Assembly (NCBI GenBank): GCA_037481835.1
Contig: JBBFKW010000017.1
Coordinates: 52,459-116,458 of the forward strand
Direction: 5' to 3'
DNA from: Desulfosoma sp.
GTDB taxonomy: Bacteria; Desulfobacterota; Syntrophobacteria; Syntrophobacterales; DSM-9756
DNA: 64,000 bases
The notes under the pieces are model-generated. The model did not search any database and was not told where the DNA came from. It saw only the letters and a program-made list of their open reading frames with translations. A program made the translations under genes and the position numbers. Position 1 is the stretch's first letter; the number at the start of each line of letters is the position of its first letter. Positions 49,091 through 59,666 of this stretch are shown one piece after another.

Positions 49091-50755
49091 ATGCGCAGCG
49101 ACTTGATGAAGAAAGGACCGGAAAAAGCCCCCCATCGATCCCTTTTCAAGGCCATGGGGTACACGCAGGAAGAAATCGATCGACCTTTGATCGGGATCGT
49201 CAATTCCTACAACGAAATCATTCCGGGGCACATTCATCTGGACAAGATCGCCCAGGCCGTCAAGGCTGGGGTTCGCATGGCGGGAGGCACCCCCATCGAA
49301 TTTTCCACCATCGGCATCTGCGACGGGATCGCCATGAACCACGACGGCATGCGCTACAGCCTGGCCAGCCGGGAACTCATCGCCGATTCCGTAGAGGTCA
49401 TGGCCATGGCCCATCCCTTTGACGGGCTGGTGCTCATTCCCAACTGTGACAAGATCATCCCGGGCATGATCATGGCCGCCTTTCGATTGAACATCCCCAC
49501 CATCGTGGTGAGCGGCGGGCCCATGCTGGCCGGCCGCGTGGGACAGCGCCCGGTGGATCTCATCTCCGTCTTCGAAGGGGTCGGGGCCTTGAAGGGCGGG
49601 AGCATCACGGAGCAGGACCTGGAAGAACTGGAAAACAACGCCTGTCCCGGCTGCGGCTCCTGCGCGGGCATGTTTACGGCCAACTCCATGAACTGTCTGA
49701 GCGAGGCCCTGGGGCTGGCTCTGCCCGGAAACGGGACCATCCCGGCCGTGACGGCCGCGCGCTATCGCCTGGCCAAGACCGCCGGGATGAAAATCATGGA
49801 ACTGGTCCGACAAAACAAGAAACCCCGAGATCTCATCACCATGGAATCCTTTGAAAACGCCGTCGCCGTGGACATGGCCCTGGGCTGCTCCACGAACACG
49901 GTGCTCCATGTGCCGGCCATCGCCCATGAAGCGGGCTTTCGGCTGGATCTGGAACTGTTCAACACCATCAGCGCGCGAACGCCCCACCTGTGCTCCCTGC
50001 GGCCCGGCGGTCCCCATTTCCTGGAAGACCTCAACGCCGCCGGGGGCATCCAGGGGGTCATGAAGGAACTGGCCAAGATCGGGGCCATCCATCTGGAGGC
50101 CCAAACGGTGACGGGCTTCAGCGTGGGCAAGAACCTGGAAGCCGTCAAAACCGTGGATCATGGCGTCATTCGCCCGGTGGACAACCCTTATCATGCCCAG
50201 GGCGGCATTGCCATTCTCTACGGCAGCCTGGCGCCCCAAGGCGCCGTGGTCAAACAAAGCGCCGTCGCCCCGGAGATGCTCCGGCGAACAGGCCGGGCCC
50301 GCGTCTTCGAAAGTGAAAACGAGGCCGCCGCGGCCATCTTGAATGGAGCCATCCAGCCCGGAGACGTGGTGGTCATCCGCTACGAAGGTCCCAAGGGAGG
50401 CCCGGGCATGCAGGAAATGCTCACTCCTACCGCCGCCATTATCGGGCGGGGTTTGGGCAAGGAGGTGGCCCTGATCACCGATGGGCGCTTCAGCGGCGGC
50501 ACGCAGGGCGCCGCCATCGGCCACATCAGCCCGGAAGCGGCGGCGGGAGGGCCCATCGCTCTGGTGCAGGAGGGAGACCTCATCGCCATCGACATCCCGG
50601 CAAAGAAAATCGACCTTCTCGTGGACGAAAACACGCTTCAGGCGCGCCGAAAGGCGTGGCAGCCCAAACCGCCTCGCGTGCGCCACGGCTATTTGGCGCG
50701 ATACGCCAAAATGGTCACCAGCGGGGCGACGGGAGCGGTGTTCGAGGAGCCTTAA
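49091..50755 (+). CDS. ilvD: Dihydroxy-acid dehydratase
   Basis: [50 protein letters not shown]. Confidence 0.98.
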   Translation: MRSDLMKKGPEKAPHRSLFKAMGYTQEEIDRPLIGIVNSYNEIIPGHIHLDKIAQAVKAGVRMAGGTPIEFSTIGICDGIAMNHDGMRYSLASRELIADSVEVMAMAHPFDGLVLIPNCDKIIPGMIMAAFRLNIPTIVVSGGPMLAGRVGQRPVDLISVFEGVGALKGGSITEQDLEELENNACPGCGSCAGMFTANSMNCLSEALGLALPGNGTIPAVTAARYRLAKTAGMKIMELVRQNKKPRDLITMESFENAVAVDMALGCSTNTVLHVPAIAHEAGFRLDLELFNTISARTPHLCSLRPGGPHFLEDLNAAGGIQGVMKELAKIGAIHLEAQTVTGFSVGKNLEAVKTVDHGVIRPVDNPYHAQGGIAILYGSLAPQGAVVKQSAVAPEMLRRTGRARVFESENEAAAAILNGAIQPGDVVVIRYEGPKGGPGMQEMLTPTAAIIGRGLGKEVALITDGRFSGGTQGAAIGHISPEAAAGGPIALVQEGDLIAIDIPAKKIDLLVDENTLQARRKAWQPKPPRVRHGYLARYAKMVTSGATGAVFEEP

Positions 50756-50917
50756 ATTTGCCCTCACGGCGGCTTGGACAGGAGCGCTTAAGGCCTCCTC
50801 GTACGGACATGAACCGCCCGCAGTAGCCTCAGGGCTTATCCCCGCCCGGCACCTGTGGGGGGAGAGCGAGACTGTGCGCACATTTTCCCCCGTTTTAAGG
50901 ACTTAAAAGGCTTGACC

Positions 50918-51802
50918 ATGGGCTATGTGTTTCGTTTGGAAGATGCGCGCAGGATGGAACGATGGGCGGCGCAAGAGCCCGGGCGCACCGTTCTGCGCCT
51001 CGAACGGAACATGCTTCGTCGCCTGTGGGCGCCTGTGGGCCCGCAACGGGTCTTGGACGTGGGCTGCGGCACTGGCATGACCCTGCAATGGTTGTCCAAG
51101 GAAGGGCACCTGGTCACGGGAGTGGAACCGTCTTGGGAATTGGTCCGCTACGCGCAGCGAAGCCTCCCGGAGCGGATCGCCGTTCATCATGGGTTTGCGG
51201 AAGACCTCCCGTTCAGCGACAACGAATTCGATACGGTGACTCTGATCACCACGTTGGAATTCGTGGAAAACCCGAGGGCCGCCCTGGCGGAAGCCTGCCG
51301 GGTGGCCCGCCAGCACGTCCTCATCGGCACCCTGAACAAGTGGTCCCTCACGGGCTGTTACCGGCGTTTGGAATTCCTCTGGAAACCTTCCCTTTATCGG
51401 CATGCGGCCTTCCAATCCGTCTTCTCCCTCAAGCGGATGCTCGAAGAAGTCCTCTACGGAGAACCGGCGTGCCTCTGGAGAACCTGCCTCGTCTTCCCTC
51501 TATGGCTTACCCCGCACGTGGACATGGTGGAAGATCACCCTCTTTTCCAGTATCAGCCCTTCGGGCATTTTTTGGCCATGCGCGTGGATCTCAGACCCTT
51601 GCACAGACCGGTCCAGGAACCGCTCATGGAACGGGTCGTCGGGGCTGGAGCCCCTGGAACGCCGCGGTCGTGCTGGCGACTGCGAGGGCGATCGGGCCAT
51701 CCCAAGCCCATAGCCGCGCCGCCTTGGAAAACCGTCCCCACGCCTTCGCCCCAAGGCCGAAGGGACTTAATCCCAAAAACATCGGCGCTCAGTTCTTCGT
51801 AG
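50918..51802 (+). CDS. Class I SAM-dependent methyltransferase
   Basis: VLDVGCGTG, AEDLPFSDNEFD, LEFVENP..ALAEA.RV. Confidence 0.9.
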   Translation: MGYVFRLEDARRMERWAAQEPGRTVLRLERNMLRRLWAPVGPQRVLDVGCGTGMTLQWLSKEGHLVTGVEPSWELVRYAQRSLPERIAVHHGFAEDLPFSDNEFDTVTLITTLEFVENPRAALAEACRVARQHVLIGTLNKWSLTGCYRRLEFLWKPSLYRHAAFQSVFSLKRMLEEVLYGEPACLWRTCLVFPLWLTPHVDMVEDHPLFQYQPFGHFLAMRVDLRPLHRPVQEPLMERVVGAGAPGTPRSCWRLRGRSGHPKPIAAPPWKTVPTPSPQGRRDLIPKTSALSSS

Positions 51803-51919
51803 GAGCGGCGTGCCCGCGGCACTCCGATGGAGCGGGCTTGCCCCCGGAAGGACTTGAGCGATCGTGCCTGAAACGAGGGTCGCCTTTCTTCAAGAGATGC
51901 CAAGAAAAGGGGAAGGACC

Positions 51920-52936
51920 ATGCATGAGGCCCGGTTCTATACCACGGAGGACGAAAAGGCCGTCCGGTGCGGCCTGTGCGCCCATCGATGCCTCATCAAA
52001 CCCGGCAAGACCGGCATCTGCGGCGTGCGCCGAAACGACGACGGTCGCCTGGATTCCTTGGTCTACGGGAAGGTCATCGCCACCAATGTGGATCCCATTG
52101 AGAAAAAACCCCTGTTCCACTTCCAGCCCGGAAGTTTCAGTTATTCCATCGCCACCGTCGGGTGCAATTTCCGCTGCCTCTTTTGCCAGAACGCGGATAT
52201 TTCCCAAGCCCCGAGGGACCACGGCGCCATCTTCGGCCGGGACACCGACCCGGATCAGGTGGTCCGCGATGCCTTGAGGACTCGGTGCGCCAACATCAGC
52301 TACACCTACACGGAACCCACGATTTTCATGGAATTCGCCATGGACGTGGGGATCAAAGCCCGGGCGGCAGGGCTTAAGAACGTCTTCGTCTCCAACGGCT
52401 ATATGACGCCGGAGGCGCTGGAAGAAGCCGCGCGCACCTTCCTGGACGCCGCCAACGTGGATCTCAAGGCCTTTCGAGACCGCTTCTACAAAGAGATGTG
52501 CGGCGCTCGACTGGACCCGGTTCTGGACACCCTGCGTTCGATGAAACGCTTGGGAATATGGCTGGAGGTGACCACGCTGCTCATTCCCGGGTTGAACGAC
52601 GACCCCGGGGAACTGGAAGAACTCGCCCAATTCCTGGTGTCCTTGGGGCCCGAGACGCCGTGGCATGTGAGCCGCTTTCATCCGACGTACCGGTTGACCG
52701 ACAGACCGCCCACCCCTGTGGCCACCCTAAGGAAAGCCAGAGAAATCGGCCTCAAGGCGGGGTTGCACTACGTCTACACGGGAAACGTCCCGGGAGACGC
52801 GGGGGAAAACACCTATTGCCCCCGGTGCGGCGCCCTGGTCATGCACCGATACGGCTTTTCCACGCGCCCCACGGGAATCCGAAACGGCGCCTGCACGGCC
52901 TGCGGCACCGCCATCCACGGAGTGGACCTGCCGTGA
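51920..52936 (+). CDS. amrS: AmmeMemoRadiSam-type radical SAM enzyme (PflA-like)
   Basis: CGLCAHRC..G.CGVR, DPIEKKPLFHF, GCNFRCLFCQN.DISQ, YTYTEP, HVSRFHP, YVYTGNV. Confidence 0.92.
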   Translation: MHEARFYTTEDEKAVRCGLCAHRCLIKPGKTGICGVRRNDDGRLDSLVYGKVIATNVDPIEKKPLFHFQPGSFSYSIATVGCNFRCLFCQNADISQAPRDHGAIFGRDTDPDQVVRDALRTRCANISYTYTEPTIFMEFAMDVGIKARAAGLKNVFVSNGYMTPEALEEAARTFLDAANVDLKAFRDRFYKEMCGARLDPVLDTLRSMKRLGIWLEVTTLLIPGLNDDPGELEELAQFLVSLGPETPWHVSRFHPTYRLTDRPPTPVATLRKAREIGLKAGLHYVYTGNVPGDAGENTYCPRCGALVMHRYGFSTRPTGIRNGACTACGTAIHGVDLP

Positions 52937-53595
52937 CGGTCGGCTGGCGCCGAACCTTTCTTCTCGATCTTTTCCACGACCTGCTCGCCGCTTTCGGACC
53001 CCAAGGGTGGTGGCCTGCGGAAAGTCCTTTTGAAGTCATCGTGGGCGCCATCCTGACGCAAAACACCGCCTGGAAGAACGTCACCCACGCCATCCGCCGC
53101 CTCAAGGAACACGATCTCTTGGATCCGCACAAAATTCTGAACGCCGACCCGCAAGAGCTTCGCGTGTGCGTGCAACCCGCCGGGTTTTATAACCAGAAAT
53201 CGCGGTATCTCCAGGAGTTCTGCCGACACCTTCAGACCCGGTACGACGGGAACCTCTCCCTTTTCCTTTCCCGGGATCCCGATCCCCTCCGGCGGGAACT
53301 TCTTTCCATTCGCGGCATCGGACCGGAAACGGCGGACAGCATCCTTCTTTACGCCGCGCACAAACCCAGCTTCGTCGTGGATGCCTACACCCGGCGCATC
53401 TTTTCCGCCCACGGGTGGGTTTCGCCGACCATCGGCTACGAGGCCCTAAGGCACTATTTTATGGACGCCCTGCCGCCGGATGTGTATCTTTTCCAAGAAT
53501 TCCACGCCCTGCTCGTTCGGGTGGGACACGTTTTCTGCCGTCGAAAACCGCGGTGCCGGCAATGCCCTGTGGACGGTCACCCACGAGAACACTGA
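52933..53595 (+). CDS. HhH-GPD DNA glycosylase, endonuclease III-related
   Basis: GPQGWWP, GAILTQNTAW, GIGPETADSILLYA, VVDAY, CRRKPRCRQCP. GTGA overlap with amrS. Confidence 0.9.
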   Translation: MTVGWRRTFLLDLFHDLLAAFGPQGWWPAESPFEVIVGAILTQNTAWKNVTHAIRRLKEHDLLDPHKILNADPQELRVCVQPAGFYNQKSRYLQEFCRHLQTRYDGNLSLFLSRDPDPLRRELLSIRGIGPETADSILLYAAHKPSFVVDAYTRRIFSAHGWVSPTIGYEALRHYFMDALPPDVYLFQEFHALLVRVGHVFCRRKPRCRQCPVDGHPREH

Positions 53596-53615
53596 TTCCA
53601 AATGAGGAGATCCCC

Positions 53616-54092
53616 ATGATTCAAATCAAGAAGATCCTGGTTCCCGTGGATTTTTCCGAGTTTTCCCAAAAAGCCGTTCGTTACGGCGTCGAAATCGCCC
53701 GAGACCGAGGCGCGTCCCTTACCCTGATCCACGTGATCAACCAAAGGATCATCGACGCCGTGCACGAATTGAGCGTCAAGGGGTACAAGGGGGATTTCGT
53801 GGAAGCCATGCGCAAGATGGCCCAGGACCGGGAGCAGGAATTGCACCAAATGCTCCCGTTGGACTGGCGTGAAGGCATTCCGGAAATCCACTTCGAAATC
53901 CGAAAAGGCCGCCCCGCCGAAGAAATCATCAACTACGCCAAGGAAAACGCTGTGGACCTGATCGTCGTGGGAACCCACGGCCGCTCGGCCCTCATGAGCA
54001 CTCTCATCGGCAGCGTGGCCAACACGGTGGTGCTCCGCGCTCCGTGCCCGGTGCTTGTCGTGCGGGCGGTGGAACACGACTTCGTCAAGTAG
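53616..54092 (+). CDS. Universal stress protein
   Basis: KKILVPVDFS, DLIVVGTHG, IGSVA.VV..APCPVLVV. Confidence 0.95.
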   Translation: MIQIKKILVPVDFSEFSQKAVRYGVEIARDRGASLTLIHVINQRIIDAVHELSVKGYKGDFVEAMRKMAQDREQELHQMLPLDWREGIPEIHFEIRKGRPAEEIINYAKENAVDLIVVGTHGRSALMSTLIGSVANTVVLRAPCPVLVVRAVEHDFVK

Positions 54093-54096
54093 GACC

Positions 54097-54642
54097 ATGG
54101 CCTTGTGGGAAGAACCGAGCCGTTCCCGCCGTCCCATGACCGATTGGGGATGGCGGGATTTTTTTCGCTCCCTCGACGGGGTCATGAGCGACGCCGTCCG
54201 CGCCGCCCTTTCCGAGCACAGCGCTCGGATTCGCCGGGCCATCGAAGAACTGGATGGGGTCATGGACCGCTATTGCGCGCAAACCTGCCCCTGGTGCCGG
54301 GACCCCTGCTGCGCCGCTTTGCGCGTCGCCTACAACATCAACGACATGGTGTATCTTTTCGGCCTCGGATTGGCTCTTCCCGTGGGCCAGACCCGGGAAC
54401 ACGACGGAGCGCCCTGCCGCTACTGGCTTTCATCCGGGTGCGCGTTGCCTCGAATCCTTCGCCCTTACGTGTGCACGTGGTTTTTCTGCGAACCCCACAT
54501 GGAATGCTTCTTTCGGGAACCCGCCCGGTTTCAAAGACACATCATCGGAACCCTCCAGGAAATCCGCCGCCTGAGGACGGCGTTGCTTGCCCTCGCCATG
54601 CCGTACCTTCCATCACCCTGGTCTGAAGACGCCGTCCCATGA
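54097..54642 (+). CDS. Hypothetical Cys-cluster protein
   Basis: CPWCRDPCC...CRYW...GCALP...RPYVCTWFFC. Fills the gap between usp and aroK. Confidence 0.75.
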   Translation: MALWEEPSRSRRPMTDWGWRDFFRSLDGVMSDAVRAALSEHSARIRRAIEELDGVMDRYCAQTCPWCRDPCCAALRVAYNINDMVYLFGLGLALPVGQTREHDGAPCRYWLSSGCALPRILRPYVCTWFFCEPHMECFFREPARFQRHIIGTLQEIRRLRTALLALAMPYLPSPWSEDAVP

Positions 54643-55181
54643 CAAAAGCCCATCGCCTCAGTGCGCACGATCCCAATCTGGTCCTCATCGGCATGCCCGG
54701 CGTGGGCAAGAGCACCTTGGGGGTTCTTGCGGCCAAGGCGCTGGCGGCCCCCTTTGTGGACACGGACCTGGTCATCCAGGCGACTTATGGAAAAAGGCTG
54801 GAAGAGATCATCCGCGAAAGGGGATTGGAAGGTTTTCGGGCCGTGGAAGAAGCGGCGGTCTGCGCCCTGAACTGCGCCGGGACCGTCATCGCCACGGGAG
54901 GGAGCGTCGTCTACAGCCCCCGGGCCATGGAACACCTCAAGCGCCATGGGCGCATCCTGTGGCTGGACCTTTCCTGCGCCCTCTTGGAACAACGTTTGGG
55001 CGATTTGGACGCCCGCGGTGTGGTGCGGGCCCCGGGACAGACCCTTCAGGGGCTCTACGACGAGCGAAAACCGCTCTACGCGCGCCATGCCCATGCCCGG
55101 CTGCTCCTGGACGGCATGAACCACGACGAAGCGCTCCAGGCCCTCTTGGAAACCTGGGCATCCCTGGAACCGTTGCCGTAA
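54639..55181 (+). CDS. aroK: Shikimate kinase
   Basis: GMPGVGKST, FVDTD, FRAVE, IATGGSVV, ERKPLY. Confidence 0.93.
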   Translation: MTKAHRLSAHDPNLVLIGMPGVGKSTLGVLAAKALAAPFVDTDLVIQATYGKRLEEIIRERGLEGFRAVEEAAVCALNCAGTVIATGGSVVYSPRAMEHLKRHGRILWLDLSCALLEQRLGDLDARGVVRAPGQTLQGLYDERKPLYARHAHARLLLDGMNHDEALQALLETWASLEPLP

Positions 55182-55219
55182 CGTGCCGGGGAATCAGGAT
55201 CGCGGCGCCGCAAACCCTC

Positions 55220-57937
55220 TCAGCGCGCCTCTTCACGCAGCAGCATGGCCGGGCTGTGGCGGAAGGCGAGACGCTGCGCCGGCACGGTTGCCCCTAGAGA
55301 AACTGCAGCGATCAGCGGAAGCGCCGCACCCAATTGATCCCACGCGACGTGGTAGAGAAACGTCCAGCCGAAGGATTGGGCGTTGATGACTTCAATGAGG
55401 ATGACCGAAAGAACGAAACCGCATCCAAGCCCCAGAAGGATTCCCACACCCGTCATGAAGGCCGCTTCCCACAAGAGCATACGCCGGATTTGACCCGGGG
55501 AGGCGCCAACAGCCTTCAGCGTATTGAGTTGCCCCATTCTCTCCAGGACCATGACCGTCAGGGTCGTCATCATGCCCAATCCGGCCACGAGAAGGGCCAT
55601 GAGCAGCAACACGGTGGTCACCGCAAAGGTCTGATCGAATACGTTGAGAATGTCGGAGCGCAAGTCCCGGCCGATGATCATGTCCAGGTCGTACCGGCCG
55701 CCGAACCGTTCGAGGATCTCTTCGCGAAGCCTTTGGGCTTTTTGGGCGATCTGGTTTTCCGATCCTGAAAAGAACACCCGGGCGCCGCTCCACGAATGGT
55801 CCCCCGTGCGATCCCGGAGCACCCCGGCGTCCATGTAGATGACGGCGCCCTGGGTCCTGTAATCCCTGTAGATTCCCACGACGGCAAAATCCATGGGGCT
55901 GCCGTGCACCGTCGTTCTGAACCGGTCCCCGATTCGGAGCCCCGTTCGGCTGGAAAACACTTCGCTGACGATGACGCCCTCGCCGGATGCCATGGCCTGA
56001 TAGGCCGCCTCGGCATCGCCCTTTCGAAAAAGGAAACCGCCGTGGCGTCGCAACCGGCTGAGATCGATCCCTTCCAAGGCGCATTCCACGCCGGCATAGG
56101 TCATGGCGATCCGCCGATAGGCCACCACATCCGCATCGGAAAGCTCGCTCAGGTACCGCACCACGTCGGTCGGGAGGGGATCGCGGTACCCGTTGAGGTC
56201 GGCCAGCATGGGCCGAAGGAAAAGATCGCCGCTCACCGTCTGGTGAACCCAGGCCTCCACGGTTTTTCGAAAACTGGCGATCATGATCACCAAGGCGGTG
56301 AAAAGGGCCACTGCCGTCACCAGAGCGCCGATGGATACGGCGATCCGTGATCCTGCCTTGTCCAAATTCTTCAGAGCCAGCACGCAGGGTTCCCCGGCCG
56401 CTTTTCGGACCGAATCCGGCGACAGGGCCGTCACCTTCTTGAGGGCCCCGGGGGCCAGCAGGGAAAACCCGCAAAAAAGAAAAAACACGGCCGCATACCC
56501 GGCCACGGGAACCCCTCGGACGGGCGGGGCACAGGACAGCGGCCACACCAACCCCAAAAGGATCAGCCCCAGCGCCGTCAGTCGCCCGGTGCCGGAAAAA
56601 GCATCCAGGAGCCTCCCCGAAAGTCGGTCTCCCCCAGGGGGATCGGCCGCTTCGCAAGATACGGGCCCTCCGAGCCGGGTCGTTCGTGGGGGATGGGGCT
56701 GCTTTGCCGGGGCATCTTTCAGCCCTGTGCTTCGCGGGCGGATGGCTTCCGTCGGCGGCACGTCCATGAGGCTCCGGGCCGGCTGGAGGGCCGCCAAAGC
56801 CGCCACCCCGGCGGTCAACACAATGGATGCGGCCACATCCCATGGGCTCAAAGACACCGTTTCCACGTCCACACGGGCGAAAAGAAGCGTCACGGTGCCG
56901 CTGACGGCTCGAAGGAGGTCCCTGGCAAACAGGGCGCTCACCGGAATGCCCACCGCCCAGCCCACAATCCCCAAGAGAACGCCGTCCATGAGAAAGAGAA
57001 AAAAGACGAGTCGCGAAGACGCCCCGAGGGAACGCAGGACGGCCACTTCCCTGCGTCGAGATACACTGTTGAAGGCCGTCAGGCTGTAGACGAGAAACAT
57101 CCCCACGAAAAGGGACACAAAGCTCAGTACGGAAAGATTCTGCTCGTAGGCCGCCACCATGGACCGCCCCGATTTCTTGCGCTCTTCCAAAAGCTGCACG
57201 GCATACCGAGTCCCCAGGAGGCGCTCCAGGACCCGCATCCCCTCTTCCACCCCGCCTTCGTGGAAGGCGCCTTCCACGCGATCCACGCCGTCCAAAGTCC
57301 CCAAGAATTCCTGGGCGGTAGCCAGGTCCGTTAGAAGGATCATCCCCCCTTCGGCCAGCCCCAGGCCCTCGTCTTTCAAGACACCGAGCACCGTGAAATC
57401 CCTGCGGTGGTCCACATACCGGACACTCAGGCGGGATCCCGCCTCCAGCCCCAGTCGGCGGGCCAGGGCGGAGCCGGCAAAAACCGTATCCCGTTCCGTC
57501 ATGAGCGCCGTCCACGGACGGGTTTCCGTCCCGTCGGCAGCGCTGCGGCTTGCCCACGGACGCAGCGGTCGATCCAGAACGGGATCCAGGCCCACGAGCC
57601 GTACCGTCGCGCTCGATCCGCCCGGCACCTCGGCCTTTACGGTCACGGCGATGACGGGCGAGGCCGTTTTCACGATGGGAAGGGCCAGAAGATCCCGGAT
57701 GACATCGTGGGGGACGGTCCCTCCCGGGCGTGTCACCACAAAGTCCGCGCTCCCCGTGACAGCGTCCATGCTCTGCTCAAAAGACCGTACCGACGTCGTC
57801 ACGGCGAGCCGCACTGCCACAAACACCCCGGCCCCCAAGCTCAGCCCGAGGATCACCGCCGCGGTCCGCCAGAAGTGGCGCCGCGCGTATCGCAGGGAAA
57901 ACCATCCGTAAAGGCGCACCGCTAAGGCAGGTGACAT
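55220..57937 (-). CDS. FtsX/MacB-like ABC permease (duplicated architecture, AttFG-like)
   Basis: Two repeats of TM + periplasmic domain + RREVAVLRSLGAS / LKAVGAS motifs; C-terminal INAQSFGWT. Confidence 0.9.
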   Translation of the reverse strand: MSPALAVRLYGWFSLRYARRHFWRTAAVILGLSLGAGVFVAVRLAVTTSVRSFEQSMDAVTGSADFVVTRPGGTVPHDVIRDLLALPIVKTASPVIAVTVKAEVPGGSSATVRLVGLDPVLDRPLRPWASRSAADGTETRPWTALMTERDTVFAGSALARRLGLEAGSRLSVRYVDHRRDFTVLGVLKDEGLGLAEGGMILLTDLATAQEFLGTLDGVDRVEGAFHEGGVEEGMRVLERLLGTRYAVQLLEERKKSGRSMVAAYEQNLSVLSFVSLFVGMFLVYSLTAFNSVSRRREVAVLRSLGASSRLVFFLFLMDGVLLGIVGWAVGIPVSALFARDLLRAVSGTVTLLFARVDVETVSLSPWDVAASIVLTAGVAALAALQPARSLMDVPPTEAIRPRSTGLKDAPAKQPHPPRTTRLGGPVSCEAADPPGGDRLSGRLLDAFSGTGRLTALGLILLGLVWPLSCAPPVRGVPVAGYAAVFFLFCGFSLLAPGALKKVTALSPDSVRKAAGEPCVLALKNLDKAGSRIAVSIGALVTAVALFTALVIMIASFRKTVEAWVHQTVSGDLFLRPMLADLNGYRDPLPTDVVRYLSELSDADVVAYRRIAMTYAGVECALEGIDLSRLRRHGGFLFRKGDAEAAYQAMASGEGVIVSEVFSSRTGLRIGDRFRTTVHGSPMDFAVVGIYRDYRTQGAVIYMDAGVLRDRTGDHSWSGARVFFSGSENQIAQKAQRLREEILERFGGRYDLDMIIGRDLRSDILNVFDQTFAVTTVLLLMALLVAGLGMMTTLTVMVLERMGQLNTLKAVGASPGQIRRMLLWEAAFMTGVGILLGLGCGFVLSVILIEVINAQSFGWTFLYHVAWDQLGAALPLIAAVSLGATVPAQRLAFRHSPAMLLREEAR

Positions 57938-58620
57938 TGATCATCCACGATGAGGCCGTCTCGAAGGCACAGCTGCCGGGTGGCCAGGGCGTCGGCCATG
58001 GTGGAGTGCGTGGCCATAACGACCGTGCGTCCGTAATCCCGGTTGAGCGTCCCCAGGATTTCCACGACCCGCTCCCCATTGCGCGTATCCAAGTTTCCTG
58101 TGGGTTCGTCGGCCAGGATCACGGGAGGCTCATTGATGAGGGCTCGGGCGATGGCCGTGCGCTGAGCCTCCCCGCCGGAGAGTTCCCCGGGCAGATGACG
58201 CAGCCGGTCCTGCATGCCGAGCCACTCCAACCAGCGAAGCGCTTTCTTGCGCGTGGGCTCAAGGGGGAATCCGGCAAGAAGCGCGGGCAGGCACACGTTT
58301 TCCAGAACCGTCAGAGTGGGCAGCAGATTGAAACTCTGGAAGACGATCCCCACGACGCGGCGCCGATACCGGGTGAGCTCTTGCTCGTTCAGGGAAAAGA
58401 CGTCGGTTCCGGCCACGTGAAGTCGCCCGCGGGTGGGCCGGTCCAAGCCGCCGAGCAGGGCCAAGAGGGTGCTTTTTCCGGATCCGCTGTTGCCCTTGAG
58501 GACGACGAAGGCGCCGGGGGCGATGCGGAAGGTCACTCCCGCCAACCCGGCGACGTCCACGGCTCCCAGCCGGTAGATCCGCGTGAGGTTTTCCGCGTCG
58601 ATAATGGGGGATGCGTCCAT
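57922..58620 (-). CDS. ABC transporter ATP-binding protein (LolD/AttE-like)
   Basis: [36 protein letters not shown]. Confidence 0.95.
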   Translation of the reverse strand: MDASPIIDAENLTRIYRLGAVDVAGLAGVTFRIAPGAFVVLKGNSGSGKSTLLALLGGLDRPTRGRLHVAGTDVFSLNEQELTRYRRRVVGIVFQSFNLLPTLTVLENVCLPALLAGFPLEPTRKKALRWLEWLGMQDRLRHLPGELSGGEAQRTAIARALINEPPVILADEPTGNLDTRNGERVVEILGTLNRDYGRTVVMATHSTMADALATRQLCLRDGLIVDDQCHLP

Positions 58621-58681
58621 GAAAGGTCTGAGGAGGGGGATCCTTTCCCCGGCCGAAACGATTGGAAGAAAAGGGGGTGCG

Positions 58682-59182
58682 TTATCCCGGGAGTCCGGAC
58701 GATCGGCTCCGCAGGATCTTTTCCATAATGCTCGTCGTGGAATAGCCCTCCACCACGGGGATGCGCGCCACGGTGCCGCCCCGTTGCGTCACCCAATCGG
58801 CGCCCACGATCTTTTCCAGCGGCCAGTCGGCGCCTTTGACCAAAACATGCGGATCCAGGCTTTGAATCACGGGCAAGGGATCCGGCGTTTCAAAAAGAAC
58901 GACGCAGTCCACGCAGTGCAGGCCCGCCACCAACTCGCTGCGGGCGTTTTCATCCATCACCGGCCGATCCCACCCCTTGATCCGCCTCACGGAAGCGTCC
59001 GTGTTCACCCCGACGACGAGAAAGTCCCCCAAAGAGCGGGCTTCTTCCAGGTAGCGCAGGTGCCCCACGTGCAGGAGATCGAAACAGCCGTTGGTAAAGA
59101 CGACACGGCGCCCGTCATGCCTCAGGGCGGCGCACAACGCCGCCGCATCCTCAAGCCGTTTTACTTTTTCCCTGGCCCGCAT
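58682..59182 (-). CDS. rfaE2: D-glycero-beta-D-manno-heptose 1-phosphate adenylyltransferase
   Basis: VFTNGCFDLLHVGH, GVNTDASVRRIKG, LVKGADW, GYSTT. Confidence 0.95.
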   Translation of the reverse strand: MRAREKVKRLEDAAALCAALRHDGRRVVFTNGCFDLLHVGHLRYLEEARSLGDFLVVGVNTDASVRRIKGWDRPVMDENARSELVAGLHCVDCVVLFETPDPLPVIQSLDPHVLVKGADWPLEKIVGADWVTQRGGTVARIPVVEGYSTTSIMEKILRSRSSGLPG

Positions 59183-59666
59183 TCTCGGCCCCGATCTCCG
59201 TCACCGGCTCCCGCCCTTCGCTCAACTCCCGAAGCAGCCGCTCCGCCTCCTCCCGAGGCGTCTCGGGACTCAGGCTCACGTTCTCGCTTTCCAGGGCGTC
59301 GATGATCCCTTCCAGATGCATCTTGATCCAGAAAGGCAAACTGGCTTGGTCCGCGTTCGTCACGCGAATGAGCCGGCCGGGGTCTTCCACGAAGACCTCA
59401 CCCCGAAAGATCGTCTTGAGGCACAGCAGAGCCTGCCGGCCCATGCCGCGGCGCCGTGGCCCTTCCACTTCCAAATGGTAGATGGTGATCTCTTTCGTTC
59501 CGCGAGGGGTCAAAGACACGCTCAGCTCGCCCCAGAAAGCCCCCGGCTTTCGAAACCGAAGCACTTCCATGGGACCGTGCCCCTTGAGGATGGTCAGAAG
59601 ATCCTTAATGGGCAGATCACCATAGGCAGCTTTCCAAATGATGCCCTTCCACTCGATTTCCGCCAC
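59151..59666 (-). CDS. Hypothetical protein, possible GNAT-like fold
   Basis: HLEVEGPRRRGMGRQAL resembles acetyl-CoA motif A; PFW later in the chain. GTG start. Confidence 0.7.
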   Translation of the reverse strand: MAEIEWKGIIWKAAYGDLPIKDLLTILKGHGPMEVLRFRKPGAFWGELSVSLTPRGTKEITIYHLEVEGPRRRGMGRQALLCLKTIFRGEVFVEDPGRLIRVTNADQASLPFWIKMHLEGIIDALESENVSLSPETPREEAERLLRELSEGREPVTEIGAENAGQGKSKTA

